Positions 9,982 through 19,898 of a stretch of DNA of 53,567 nt are shown here, piece after piece (positions within the stretch are counted from its first letter, which is position 1; every line of letters starts with the position of its first letter). A program made the translations under genes and the position numbers. The stretch covers positions 1 to 53,567 of IMG/VR virus record IMGVR_UViG_3300032270_001137. The stretch is one strand, 5' to 3'. Below the pieces are notes generated by a model. The model made no database searches. It was not told the DNA's origin and worked only from the letters and a program-made list of their open reading frames with translations. This DNA is from a virus (Duplodnaviria > Caudoviricetes).

Positions 9982-10543
9982 AAATTTTATGGAGTTTATT
10001 AACGAATCGGAGGTAGATTATAGAATCTTCTGCGACATGGACGGGGTTCTTTGTAACTTCGACAAGAAATTCAAGGAACTGAATAAAGACGGTCTATCAT
10101 TTGAAGAGTATGAGGCCAAGCACGGTAAAACCAGTGGTTGGGATATTATTAAAAACAAGGGTGAAAGTTTCTGGTCTGAATTAAGTTGGATGCCAGATGG
10201 AGGAGAACTTTGGATATATCTAAACCAAATTTCTGCGCCAACTATTTTATCATCACCTAGCCGTGAGTATAGTAGCATTAAGGGTAAAATGAAATGGATC
10301 AATGCCAATCTGGGTATTTCACAGTCTACACCTACTACAAAAAGCAAAAACTGGGATAAAACATCCCGTATTATTTTAAGCTCACATAAACATCTCTATG
10401 TTTTACCGGATCCGAATGTCAAGTCTATTCTAATAGATGACACCAAGAGTAAAATCGATAAATGGGAGGCTGCAGGTGGTATCGGTATATTACACACATC
10501 TACATCTGAGACAATTACCAGTCTTAAACGTATAATTAAATAA
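9974..10543 (+). CDS. 5'(3')-deoxyribonucleotidase-like HAD protein with leader
   Basis: IFCDMDGVLCNF, FWSEL.WMPDG, ILSSP, GK.KW, ILIDD...WEAAGGIGILH; N-term MIKNFMEFINE. Confidence 0.85.
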   Translation: MIKNFMEFINESEVDYRIFCDMDGVLCNFDKKFKELNKDGLSFEEYEAKHGKTSGWDIIKNKGESFWSELSWMPDGGELWIYLNQISAPTILSSPSREYSSIKGKMKWINANLGISQSTPTTKSKNWDKTSRIILSSHKHLYVLPDPNVKSILIDDTKSKIDKWEAAGGIGILHTSTSETITSLKRIIK

Positions 10544-10545
10544 TT

Positions 10546-11829
10546 ATGGAATATAAGAAAATAGCAACTTATGAAGCCCAAGAGGGTACCTTTGATAAAG
10601 TACTTTTGCTTTATTCAGGAGGTCTAGACACTTCAGTTATGTTGAAGTGGATTAAAGAAAAATACAACGCTGAGGTTTATGCGCTTTGTATTAACATTGG
10701 TCAAAATGAAGATTTTGAGCCAATTGTAAAAAAGGCTCTAGATCTAGGTGCAGTTAGATGTGAAGTTGTCGATGCTATAGATGATTATGCAGCCGACATT
10801 TTAAGTAATGCAATTTTGTTTAATGCAGACTATGAAGACGGTTACCACCTGTTTTGCCCACTTGGTAGAATTGCAATCGCAAAGGCTGCAGTCGAGTTTG
10901 CTAAAAGCTGGGGTATCAATGTTATAGCACACGGAGCAACAGGAAAAGGTAATGACCAGATTCGCTTTGATAACTATGTAACTACACTTGCTCCTGAAAT
11001 TAAAATCTTGGCTCCGGTTAGAGAATGGGCAATGGGAAGAGAAGAGGAAATTGAATATGCTAAAAAACATAACATTCCAGTAACTGCCAGTTTAGAAAAG
11101 ATTTATAGTTATGACGAGAACCTATGGGGTTGCTCAGCAGAAGGTGGTGAAATTGAAGACTTCAGTAAAATACCACCACTTGATCGAATTTTGAAATTTA
11201 CTAATGCTCCCGAGTCTTGTGTTGATGAGGTAGAGTATGTTGAAATAGTATTTGAACATGGCATACCAGTTTGTATTGGAGATGTTGAAGCGTATGCTCC
11301 ACTATACACGATAATTGAAGAGGCTAACACTTTAGGTAAAAGACATGGCTTAGGTATAACACATCTAATCGAAGACAGAGTAATCGGTTTAAAGGTAAGA
11401 GGTATCTATGAGGAGCCAGGTGCAGAACTTTTAATTAAAGCCCATAAAGCACTTGAGAAAGCAGTTTCAACCAGAGAGGAAATCTTGTTCAAAGAACAGG
11501 TAGATCGCCAATGGTCTCAACTGGTTTACGAAGGTCGCTACTATCACCCGTTGGTTAGTTCATTGCAATGTTTTGCAAAGTCTATGAACAATAAAGTATC
11601 AGGTGTTGTCGTAATGAGGCTTTATAAAGGTAGATGTGAAGCAGTATCGATTAGCTCAAATTATTGTTTGAATAACGAGAACTCTTCATTTATGAAAGAC
11701 GATTTTAATCAAAACGCTAGTGCAGGTTTTATCGAACATTTCGGTTACACTCAACGTATAGCATATAACTTAAACAAAAATGGCAAAAATCTGGACAAAG
11801 AGCAACCAGGAGGAGACTACGGCTGCTAA
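10546..11829 (+). CDS. argG: argininosuccinate synthase
   Basis: LYSGGLDTS, HGATGKGNDQIRF, YSYDENLWG.S.EGG, EDRVIGLK.RGIYE.PG. Confidence 0.93.
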   Translation: MEYKKIATYEAQEGTFDKVLLLYSGGLDTSVMLKWIKEKYNAEVYALCINIGQNEDFEPIVKKALDLGAVRCEVVDAIDDYAADILSNAILFNADYEDGYHLFCPLGRIAIAKAAVEFAKSWGINVIAHGATGKGNDQIRFDNYVTTLAPEIKILAPVREWAMGREEEIEYAKKHNIPVTASLEKIYSYDENLWGCSAEGGEIEDFSKIPPLDRILKFTNAPESCVDEVEYVEIVFEHGIPVCIGDVEAYAPLYTIIEEANTLGKRHGLGITHLIEDRVIGLKVRGIYEEPGAELLIKAHKALEKAVSTREEILFKEQVDRQWSQLVYEGRYYHPLVSSLQCFAKSMNNKVSGVVVMRLYKGRCEAVSISSNYCLNNENSSFMKDDFNQNASAGFIEHFGYTQRIAYNLNKNGKNLDKEQPGGDYGC

Positions 11830-13030
11830 AATCTTCTGTGACTTTACAACTGGCAATGACTATCAACTCGATGATGCCTATTTCTTAAAATATGACCTTG
11901 AGGCTAGTTGTGCCTGGGCTGAAGCCCTAGTAGAATGTGGTATCTATACTGAAGATGAGGCAAAAACTGTAGTACAGGCTTTACTTGATATCAATGAACT
12001 ACATACTGCAGGCTTATTTAGAGTTGAAAAGGACGATGAGGACGGTCACACTGCAATTGAAAATAAGTTAATCGCGCTTGTTGGAGATCTAGGTAAAAAG
12101 ATTCATACAGGTCGTAGTAGAAATGATCAGTCATTGACTATGATTCGTATGTTTATGACCGATGCCTTACGTGAAATAGACAATCTGTATACTCTACTTT
12201 CGATTAAACTGGCCAAGAAAATGACCAATGATGTTTTCATAGGTTATTCACATACCCAGCAGGCAATGCCTATCACAATAAGTCATTACTTTGGTAACTT
12301 TACTGAGGCTATAAAAGACGATTCTATGTTTTTGTCAGCTGCTTTAACCCAGATTGATAGATGCCCACTAGGAACAGGTGCCGGATTCGGTTCACCACTC
12401 AGGGTTAATAGATTAGATCTTGCCGATAAACTTGGGTTTAGAGAAGTACAAAACAATAGCCTGTATTGCCAAAACAGTCGAGGTAAATTCGAGTTAATCT
12501 ATCTAAATGCTATTACACAAATAATGCTTACACTTCAGCGCATGGCGAACGATATGGTGTTGTATACTTCTAGAGAGTACGGTCTGTTCAAGATGTCTGA
12601 TAGTCTTTCACAAGGTAGCAGTATGATGCCACAGAAAAAGAACCCTGATGTATTTGAAATGATCAGGGCCAAGACTGCAGACATATTTGCACTTGAAGAG
12701 CGTGTTAAATTTATCGTTAAAGGTTTACCTTCAGGCTATAATAGAGATCTACAAGAGATTAAAGCCTGTATCGTTGATGCCTATAATATCTCACGTAATT
12801 GTATCTACATTATGACCCTGGCCATGGACCATATTGAAGCTGACCATGGGGCAATCGCTGATAGATTACAAAAGGACATTGTAGCAGCAGACTATGCAAT
12901 CAATAAATGTGTACAGGATCCAAGTCTTAATTTTAGAGATGTATACAAAGAGTCAACTGAAAACTTACAGATGACTCCTATTGAAGCCGTTAAGCTTAGA
13001 AAGTCAAAGGGTTCTCCGTTTAACCAATAA
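11780..13030 (+). CDS. argH: argininosuccinate lyase
   Basis: HTGRSRNDQ, GYSHTQQAMP, GSSMMPQKKNPD, GYNRDLQE. Confidence 0.93.
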   Translation: MAKIWTKSNQEETTAAKIFCDFTTGNDYQLDDAYFLKYDLEASCAWAEALVECGIYTEDEAKTVVQALLDINELHTAGLFRVEKDDEDGHTAIENKLIALVGDLGKKIHTGRSRNDQSLTMIRMFMTDALREIDNLYTLLSIKLAKKMTNDVFIGYSHTQQAMPITISHYFGNFTEAIKDDSMFLSAALTQIDRCPLGTGAGFGSPLRVNRLDLADKLGFREVQNNSLYCQNSRGKFELIYLNAITQIMLTLQRMANDMVLYTSREYGLFKMSDSLSQGSSMMPQKKNPDVFEMIRAKTADIFALEERVKFIVKGLPSGYNRDLQEIKACIVDAYNISRNCIYIMTLAMDHIEADHGAIADRLQKDIVAADYAINKCVQDPSLNFRDVYKESTENLQMTPIEAVKLRKSKGSPFNQ

Positions 13031-13057
13031 TATATAGACTATAAAATAAAATTAGGA

Positions 13058-13510
13058 ATGAAATACTTTAAACTATTTGAAAACTTCGTAAACGAGGCCA
13101 AGTCTGAAGTTAAATTAAAAGATTTAGACTTAAACAAACTTGACAAGATATTTGATTTACTAACGTCTCCACTTCCGGGTTTAGAAGAAATTGGTTATGA
13201 TTCTGTATCAAATGAAGAACCAGGTTCTTTTAAGTATGTTACAAAGTTTCTTAAGAAGTTAGCTGAAGCACATGCTAAAGGAAATGATAAGTTTGTAAAT
13301 TTTATATTTAATAATGCAGATACCTTCCCGTCTGAAGTAACAGTTCAAGATAATGTTACAGATTATCTTGAGGATAAAAAGCTTGCAAAACAAATTCAAG
13401 AACTTAACGATGCTTTTTACAGCATGAATTATAATCTTTATAATGCGAATGATAAAGTTATAAGTGCATACAACAGCTTAGCAGATCTTGTTGCAAAATT
13501 TAAGATATAA
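13058..13510 (+). CDS. hypothetical protein with capsid-targeting-like leader
   Basis: MKYFKLFENFVNE. Confidence 0.75.
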   Translation: MKYFKLFENFVNEAKSEVKLKDLDLNKLDKIFDLLTSPLPGLEEIGYDSVSNEEPGSFKYVTKFLKKLAEAHAKGNDKFVNFIFNNADTFPSEVTVQDNVTDYLEDKKLAKQIQELNDAFYSMNYNLYNANDKVISAYNSLADLVAKFKI

Positions 13511-13531
13511 TATAATATAAATAAATAAACA

Positions 13532-14584
13532 ATGAAATACTTTAAACTATTCGAACAATTCGTTACAGAGAACAATCAACCTGTAAACGAGGCTAGAGAG
13601 ATTACTAGAAGCTTTGATGGCTTTATAGTTACAGATCACGTCGCAAAAAAGAACTACAAGTTCAGATATGTTAAAGGCGTATCTGCTACTAAAACTGAAG
13701 CCGAAGCTATTGAAAAAATCGCGAAGAAAACGGGACATCCTAGTTCAGAATTTTCAATCGGTGGCTTTTTAGGTAGAAATGAATGGGATCAAACTCCTAT
13801 GGCAGTAATAGAGTCTGTAAATGAGGCTTCTAAGTTCTATACCTTAGAAGACATGATTGACGATAACAAAGGTGAAAGAGATCTACAAAAGGCTGCAGCA
13901 ATGTGTGCGGTTACTCTTGGTCTAGATCCTAAAGAAGTTGCAATCGTAACAACTGAAGATGATGTATATGACAAATATCAGTCTAAGTACAAGAGCTCTA
14001 AGTTTGCCCCATTCAATAACCCATCTGCAGACATGTCAACAGCATATGCGAAAGGTGATAACGTAATCACATTTAATGATGGTAACGTATCAGGTTTCTT
14101 TATTCCAGTTGAGTCTATGAATGAATCAGTTGTAAACGAAGCACCTACCAACCGATATCCTTCAACAACGGTAACTGCTATTGACGCAAAAAAGATGACG
14201 GCCGTTGCTAAAATAATTACAGATACTGAATTATTTCCAGAATTAGATGGCGAATCCGTATGCCCTAAATCAATGTCTGAAGTTAAAGATACTATTGATG
14301 TTATTGTAAAACTTCCTAAAGCTTTGGCAGGTGATTATGATTCGTTTGGAAAGTTTCTTGATAAAATGGCTGACAAGTACGGAGCGGATCAAGTTATCTG
14401 GATGAACGCTGAGAACGCTGATCAGATCGAGGATTCTAAACTTAACTCTGTATTTAGTGAACTTGAAGAGGCTTTAAGCGATTTAGATACTTGTTTTGCA
14501 GAGTTTGAATCTATGAACGATTTTGCAAAAGCTTATAACCGTTTAGCAAAAGCAGTTGATAAGGTTTTAGCAGCTACAAAGTAA
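13532..14584 (+). CDS. multi-segment protein with leader and internal VNE/MNE sites (putative internal head protein)
   Basis: MKYFKLFEQFVTE, PVNEA, ESVNEA, ESMNESVVNEA. Confidence 0.75.
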   Translation: MKYFKLFEQFVTENNQPVNEAREITRSFDGFIVTDHVAKKNYKFRYVKGVSATKTEAEAIEKIAKKTGHPSSEFSIGGFLGRNEWDQTPMAVIESVNEASKFYTLEDMIDDNKGERDLQKAAAMCAVTLGLDPKEVAIVTTEDDVYDKYQSKYKSSKFAPFNNPSADMSTAYAKGDNVITFNDGNVSGFFIPVESMNESVVNEAPTNRYPSTTVTAIDAKKMTAVAKIITDTELFPELDGESVCPKSMSEVKDTIDVIVKLPKALAGDYDSFGKFLDKMADKYGADQVIWMNAENADQIEDSKLNSVFSELEEALSDLDTCFAEFESMNDFAKAYNRLAKAVDKVLAATK

Positions 14585-14737
14585 ATGAAACAACTTGTCA
14601 GTAAATATAATGAGTTTATAGATAAGCTGAAAGAACCCAATTCAGAAATCCTTAAAAAGAAGCTTGTCGATAATACGGCAATGCATCAAGGAGGTAAAGG
14701 TCTTAAAGCCATATCAACCTTATCAAGCAATAAGTAA
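14585..14737 (+). CDS. small basic protein (50 aa, MKQLVSKYNEFIDKLK...), not in ORF track
   Basis: ATG abuts previous stop; ends just before terminator. Confidence 0.6.
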   Translation: MKQLVSKYNEFIDKLKEPNSEILKKKLVDNTAMHQGGKGLKAISTLSSNK

Positions 14738-14744
14738 AAGATAT

Positions 14745-14770
14745 AAAAAGCGACTTCGGTCGCTTTTTTT
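14745..14770 (+). terminator. intrinsic terminator
   Basis: AAAAAGCGAC-TTCG-GTCGCTTTTTTT. Confidence 0.9.
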
Positions 14771-14781
14771 AGTGCTTAGGG

Positions 14782-14808
14782 TAAACAATCCGCTCATTTT
14801 TAATATAA
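14782..14808 (+). promoter_or_regulatory. Putative class-II promoter TAAAC-N17-TATAA
   Basis: Directly after terminator, 5 nt before ATG 14814. Confidence 0.55.
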
Positions 14809-14813
14809 CCTAT

Positions 14814-15545
14814 ATGCTAAACGATTATTTTAACAGACTTATAGTCTTTGATATTGAAACTGCAAGTGAATGTGAATCACTTGATGCTTTGCATGATGAA
14901 AAACGACATAAAGCTGAGCTTTGGTCAAAAAGAAGTGTATGGCTTAGAAACAGGTACCCTGAAAATGCACAAATGACCGATGAAGAGTTGTATATTGATA
15001 AAGCAGCACTTCACGCAGAATTTGGTAAAATCATTTGTATCAGTATAGCCCAGATCAAAAATGATGGTGAGTCAGTAGTTATAAAAAGCTACTCAGGTCA
15101 CGATGAAAAGGCTTTGCTTACAGACTTCTTAAAGTTGAATGCCAATATCTTGGGTAAAATACCAGGAGCCATGTATTGTGGCCATAACATTAAACGTTTT
15201 GATGTCCCATTTATTGCTAAACGTTTGGCCACAAATGGTTTACCAATACCTAGTAACTTCCAGATCTTCAAAATGAAAAACTGGGAAATTCCATTCATGG
15301 ACACTGGAGATCTCTGGTCTTTTGGAGCATGGCAAGAAAGCTTTGCATCTCTAGATCTTATCTGTGAGTGTTTAGGCGTTCCGACACCAAAGGATAAAAT
15401 GGAAGGTAAAGATGTCAATACTGCATACTATGATGGCAGACTTGGAGAAATTACTGAATACTGTGAGAAAGATGTTGAGGCAACTTGTCGCGTTATCTTA
15501 AAATTAAGTCATATAGACACAAATCCATTTGTAGATAAAAAGTGA
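14814..15545 (+). CDS. DnaQ/PolB-like 3'-5' exonuclease (DEDDy)
   Basis: FDIET, GHNIKRFDVPF, YCEKDV; start moved to ATG 14814. Confidence 0.85.
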   Translation: MLNDYFNRLIVFDIETASECESLDALHDEKRHKAELWSKRSVWLRNRYPENAQMTDEELYIDKAALHAEFGKIICISIAQIKNDGESVVIKSYSGHDEKALLTDFLKLNANILGKIPGAMYCGHNIKRFDVPFIAKRLATNGLPIPSNFQIFKMKNWEIPFMDTGDLWSFGAWQESFASLDLICECLGVPTPKDKMEGKDVNTAYYDGRLGEITEYCEKDVEATCRVILKLSHIDTNPFVDKK

Positions 15546-16063
15546 AAAAACAAAAATTTACAGTAGATAACCGTATCAACGGTCAAATTAGAGCCAAGCA
15601 GGTTCGCGTAACTGGTGAGGGAATTGAGTCAAAAATCACGAGTCTAGATGATGCGCTTGCCATGGCCGGTGATATGAATTTAGACCTGGTTGAAATTGCC
15701 CCAAATGCGGTACCACCTGTTTGTAAGATTTGCGACTTCAGTAAATTCGTATATGAAAAGAAGTTGCAGGACAAGCTAAACAAAAAGAATAGAACTGAAT
15801 TAAAAGAAGTTCAGTTATCACCGGTTATCTCAGATCATGATTTAGCCACAAAGGCCAAAGCAGCATGTGGCTTCCTAGAGAAAGGCGACAAGGTTAAGGT
15901 ATCAATCTTATTCAAAGGTCGCCAGAATGCTCATAGAGAATTTGGAGGCACTATCATGCTTAAATTTATGAACTTAACTGAAGAGTTCGGCACAATTGAA
16001 AGTGAACCAAAATTCGAGGGCAATCGAATGATCGGTATGTTTAAACCGAAAAAACGTCAATAA
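15542..16063 (+). CDS. infC: translation initiation factor IF-3
   Basis: RIN.QIRA..VR, LDLVEIAPNA.PPVCKI.DF.K, HDL.TK...FL..GDKVKV...FKGR. Confidence 0.92.
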   Translation: MKKQKFTVDNRINGQIRAKQVRVTGEGIESKITSLDDALAMAGDMNLDLVEIAPNAVPPVCKICDFSKFVYEKKLQDKLNKKNRTELKEVQLSPVISDHDLATKAKAACGFLEKGDKVKVSILFKGRQNAHREFGGTIMLKFMNLTEEFGTIESEPKFEGNRMIGMFKPKKRQ

Positions 16064-16080
16064 ACTTTCATTTCTTAACC

Positions 16081-16101
16081 TTTCATTGTATATTTACACT
16101 A
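16081..16101 (+). promoter_or_regulatory. Putative class-I promoter (leaderless)
   Basis: TTTCATTGTATATTTACACT-ATG. Confidence 0.6.
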
Positions 16102-16778
16102 TGATTATCACATTCATATCCGATACACACAACAAGCATAAGCAGATTACACATGCCTTACCTGGTGGTGACGTTTTAATACATGCTGGTGATATCTCGT
16201 CTATGGGATATGAGCATGAAATTAGACAGTTTTGCAAATGGTTCAATAGCATAGATAATTACGAAACTAAGATATTCATTGCAGGTAACCATGATTGGGG
16301 TTTTGAAAACAAACCTGAAAAGGCAATGGAGATCGTTAACTCATATAAAACCATTGATTATCTGCAAGACAGCGCTATTGAAATAGATGGTGTCAAAATA
16401 TGGGGTAGCCCATGGCAGCCACGTTTTTACGATTGGGCTTTCAATGCAAATCGCGGTGAAGATATTATGCAACACTGGAATAAAATACCAGAAGATACCG
16501 ACATCTTAATTACACACGGTCCAGCATTTGGTTATAGAGATGTTGTAACAGGTAGAACTGACAGATTGGGTTGCGATGACCTGAGAATGCGAATTGAGGA
16601 AATTAAGCCTAAAATTCATGTCTGCGGTCATATTCATACTGGCTACGGTTATGCCTGGAATGAAAATACGTATTTCTTTAATGCAGCAGTGCTTAATGAA
16701 AGCTATCAATATGCACACAAGCCAATTACAATTGATTGGAACAAAGATACTAACCAGATAGAATTTATAACAGAATGA
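16101..16778 (+). CDS. calcineurin-like metallophosphoesterase (MPPED-like)
   Basis: ISDTH, HAGD, IAGNHD, ITHGP, CGHIH. Confidence 0.9.
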   Translation: MIITFISDTHNKHKQITHALPGGDVLIHAGDISSMGYEHEIRQFCKWFNSIDNYETKIFIAGNHDWGFENKPEKAMEIVNSYKTIDYLQDSAIEIDGVKIWGSPWQPRFYDWAFNANRGEDIMQHWNKIPEDTDILITHGPAFGYRDVVTGRTDRLGCDDLRMRIEEIKPKIHVCGHIHTGYGYAWNENTYFFNAAVLNESYQYAHKPITIDWNKDTNQIEFITE

Positions 16779-17068
16779 GCGGAGATAACCCAGATAAGAA
16801 GTATGTTGCAGTAGTATTACCGCCTATTTTTGATTTAGATGAGTATTTGAACTTTATTGGCTTTCACCCAAAGGCCGGTTTTAATTATGTAAACGGCAAC
16901 AAGAAGATTATTATAGCAGATGACTTCTTTTGTTGTCTTGAAGTTGCGGATGATGCTGAGTCTGGCACGCAGATTGAAACAATTATGTGCCAGCTCGCAT
17001 TTATTCCAGATGTCTGGATGATGAACATGATCCTGATGGAAATCGACTTCATCGACGAGTTATTCTAA
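16775..17068 (+). CDS. hypothetical protein
   Basis: ATGA-coupled ORF. Confidence 0.6.
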   Translation: MSGDNPDKKYVAVVLPPIFDLDEYLNFIGFHPKAGFNYVNGNKKIIIADDFFCCLEVADDAESGTQIETIMCQLAFIPDVWMMNMILMEIDFIDELF

Positions 17069-17080
17069 AAACCCAATAAT

Positions 17081-17842
17081 ATGAAAAAACGTCTAGAAAA
17101 AATTCAGGCTAAACTAATCATGTGGTTACCTGAAAACAATCGTCAGAAAAGGTTTAAGAATTTTGTGGTTAAACTAATTGACCATATTTTATACCCAGAG
17201 TTTAGAGACCCTAGATTTAGCAAAAGGATCAGGGCAGTTATTCATATGCCTCTTTATGTAACTGCGTTCACTATGATCTTTATTGCTTTAACATCTGACA
17301 CTAAATTGATGGCAGCAGCATACAGATTAGTAGGTATACAATCTGACAGCACAATTCTAAATGAAGATGTAGATGCTGAAATGCTAAGAAATGTGATTAC
17401 TGAAGAGTCTAGTATCAGTGTACCAGAAACTGTACCATATAGAGATCTGAAGTTGATGTATAATCGTTGCCAAGAGAAAGATATTCCAGTCGGTATCTTT
17501 TTTAGATTGGTTTATTTTGAAAGTAGATATGACTCAACTGCAACTAGTAGTGTAGGAGCAAGAGGTTATTGCCAAGTCATGCCAAGGACATTTAATGCCT
17601 GGTACAATAAACTAAAGCTAAAAGGCGGTACTACCATGAAAAACAACATTATGGTATCAACTGAGCTTTTACATCACTTGTCACTTGAGTTTAACAAATA
17701 CGAAACTAGAAAGAGATGGGAATTGGTTTTAGCATCCTATAATGCCGGAATCGGCAGAGTTATTGATGCAGGAAATAATATACCCAACATTAATGAAACT
17801 AAGAATTACATAAACAATATACTAACTGATGTCGAGTTATAA
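17081..17842 (+). CDS. membrane-anchored soluble lytic transglycosylase (SLT domain)
   Basis: ESRY...S.VGARG.CQVMP.T, LASYNAG.GRV, ET.NY; hydrophobic segment ~aa 55-72. Confidence 0.85.
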   Translation: MKKRLEKIQAKLIMWLPENNRQKRFKNFVVKLIDHILYPEFRDPRFSKRIRAVIHMPLYVTAFTMIFIALTSDTKLMAAAYRLVGIQSDSTILNEDVDAEMLRNVITEESSISVPETVPYRDLKLMYNRCQEKDIPVGIFFRLVYFESRYDSTATSSVGARGYCQVMPRTFNAWYNKLKLKGGTTMKNNIMVSTELLHHLSLEFNKYETRKRWELVLASYNAGIGRVIDAGNNIPNINETKNYINNILTDVEL

Positions 17843-18764
17843 TGTAGAAATACCAGCATTTTTATTTGAAAAGGAAAGCAATATGGAGAAAAATAATAGT
17901 TACACACAATGGTCAATATTGCCCAATGGGGTATTTGCACCTGCCCAAGATACAATTAAGAGATTGAATGCTGGGCTATACGAGATTAAGTTTGATAATT
18001 CACTTGGGACATACGTGATGGTACACCAAAAGTTGAATGCAGATGAGCTTTTCTTTTTACCATCACCCGAAATCGAAGAGGTGATCGATGACATTAAAAA
18101 GTTCTGGAATAAAATTAGCACTTTTAATTCCTATAAATTTGCACATAAACGAGGTATCTTGCTCTATGGTGAGCCTGGATGTGGTAAATCCAGTATCATT
18201 CAACTTTGCATGAAACATATCGTTGAAGACATGGATGGTATCGTAATCAATGTGAAAGACGAGGATGATGTAGATGCCTACCTGGGCTTTATCCATAACT
18301 TCCGTAAAGTTGAGCCAATTCGACCTCTTATTGTTATCATGGAAGATCTTGACTCGATTGTAGGTGAAGACAGATACTCAACATCTAGAGTCCTGAATGT
18401 CTTAGACGGTATTAAGCAAATCGAGAACGTTGTCTATATTGCAACGACTAACTATCCTGAAAAACTGGAAGAGCGTATCACAGACCGTCCTAGCCGATTT
18501 GACCGTCGCTACGAAGTACAATTACCAGATGCTGAAATGCGTATGGCATACCTTAAACATAAGATACCAGCTAAAGACTTTAAGAAACTGGATATTGACC
18601 AATGGGTCGCAGATACAGAGAAGATGTCGATTGCACATTTGCGTGAACTGGTTATCTCAACTATGGTTCTAGGTAACACATATGAGGAGACAATTGACAG
18701 ATTAAAGAACTTAAAGACCAAACCTAAGAATAAAAAATCTTCATCTTTGGGTTTTGGTCGCTGA
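17829..18764 (+). CDS. AAA+ ATPase
   Basis: GILLYGEPGCGKS, MEDLD, LNVLDG, ATTNYPEKL, RPSRFDR. Confidence 0.9.
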   Translation: MSSYNVEIPAFLFEKESNMEKNNSYTQWSILPNGVFAPAQDTIKRLNAGLYEIKFDNSLGTYVMVHQKLNADELFFLPSPEIEEVIDDIKKFWNKISTFNSYKFAHKRGILLYGEPGCGKSSIIQLCMKHIVEDMDGIVINVKDEDDVDAYLGFIHNFRKVEPIRPLIVIMEDLDSIVGEDRYSTSRVLNVLDGIKQIENVVYIATTNYPEKLEERITDRPSRFDRRYEVQLPDAEMRMAYLKHKIPAKDFKKLDIDQWVADTEKMSIAHLRELVISTMVLGNTYEETIDRLKNLKTKPKNKKSSSLGFGR

Positions 18765-18797
18765 TAAATACTAAAAGAAACATAAAAATTAAATTAT

Positions 18798-19364
18798 ATG
18801 AGTGGAATTGTTGGAAGGTACTCCTTCGATAAAAAAGTAAACGAAGCCGCAGTTAAAGTCGGTGGTAGTTTAGTAACACCTAAAACATTACCAGCAAGTG
18901 TAGTTAAGACTATCAACGAGAGAATCGGTGATGAGTATGCTGCACACTATTTCTATAGAAATGCAGCCAACTGGTGCAAAGATAAAAATTACAAAAAGGC
19001 AGCTGCATTTTTTGAGGCTGAAGCCAATGCTGAATTAGAGCATGCTAAAGGTCTTCAAGATTATGTGACACAATGGAATGAACTTCCTACTATTCCATCT
19101 GCGCCAACAGAGGTTAAATTTGAAAGCCTTGTGGATATTGTTAATGGAGCATATGAAATGGAGTACAATCTTTTCCAAGAGTACTCAGATTTTCAAACAG
19201 ACCTATTGACTGAACATCCTGCAACTTTTAATTTTATACAAGGTTACTTGAATGGTCAAAATGAGTCAGTTGCTGAATACTGCGATCTAATCAATGCTCT
19301 TGAGCTTGTAGATATCGACAACAGATTAGATATCCTGTACTTCGAAAATCAATACTTTGGATAA
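18798..19364 (+). CDS. ferritin
   Basis: NE.IGDEY.A..FY, FF..EA..ELEHA, EME, Q.ES. Confidence 0.8.
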   Translation: MSGIVGRYSFDKKVNEAAVKVGGSLVTPKTLPASVVKTINERIGDEYAAHYFYRNAANWCKDKNYKKAAAFFEAEANAELEHAKGLQDYVTQWNELPTIPSAPTEVKFESLVDIVNGAYEMEYNLFQEYSDFQTDLLTEHPATFNFIQGYLNGQNESVAEYCDLINALELVDIDNRLDILYFENQYFG

Positions 19365-19885
19365 TGAAATTGAAGTCTTTCAAAGATTTCCAAGTATCTG
19401 AACACTTCCAATATCATCTGGACAACGGAATCGGGTTATCTGATTCCGTTTTCCGTTTGGGTAGTGATGCATTTAAGAAACTATTCGAAGAGGCTAAAAA
19501 GTACTGGGATGCTGACAACATCATCTTAAAAGACAAAGATGCCTGGATGGTTAAAAACCTTGAAGTTGGTAAAAAGGCTATCTATGATGGTCGTGAAGTT
19601 GAGTTAGATACTCCTTCTAGAGGTGGTGATAAGAAATTTATCGTCTATCACAACAGTGGTCGCAAAGACAAAGACGGTAACATCGTAGCCAAGAAAATTG
19701 AATGGGGTGATAGCAGTGGTTTAAGTATCAAGAATGATGACCCAGAAGCCGCAGCTTCATTTTGGGCGAGACAACAATGTGATACAAAGGCGAAAATGGA
19801 CCCACTGACTAAAGGATTCTGGGCCTGTTATGGGCCATCACTGTTTAACAAACAATTAGGTTTATCTAGTGATGAACCATGGTAA
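19364..19885 (+). CDS. conserved phage hypothetical protein with leader (SFWAR..C...FWAC)
   Basis: MKLKSFKDFQVSE leader; paired Cys motif. Confidence 0.7.
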   Translation: MKLKSFKDFQVSEHFQYHLDNGIGLSDSVFRLGSDAFKKLFEEAKKYWDADNIILKDKDAWMVKNLEVGKKAIYDGREVELDTPSRGGDKKFIVYHNSGRKDKDGNIVAKKIEWGDSSGLSIKNDDPEAAASFWARQQCDTKAKMDPLTKGFWACYGPSLFNKQLGLSSDEPW

Positions 19886-19898
19886 AAATATATAGAAT

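Noticed and set aside
14664-14813. Listed N-terminal extension of the exonuclease ORF
   Set aside because: It crosses a strong terminator and a promoter motif; ATG 14814 is preferred. Similar over-extensions rejected at 5867, 16086, 42218, 43866, 45386 and 50563.
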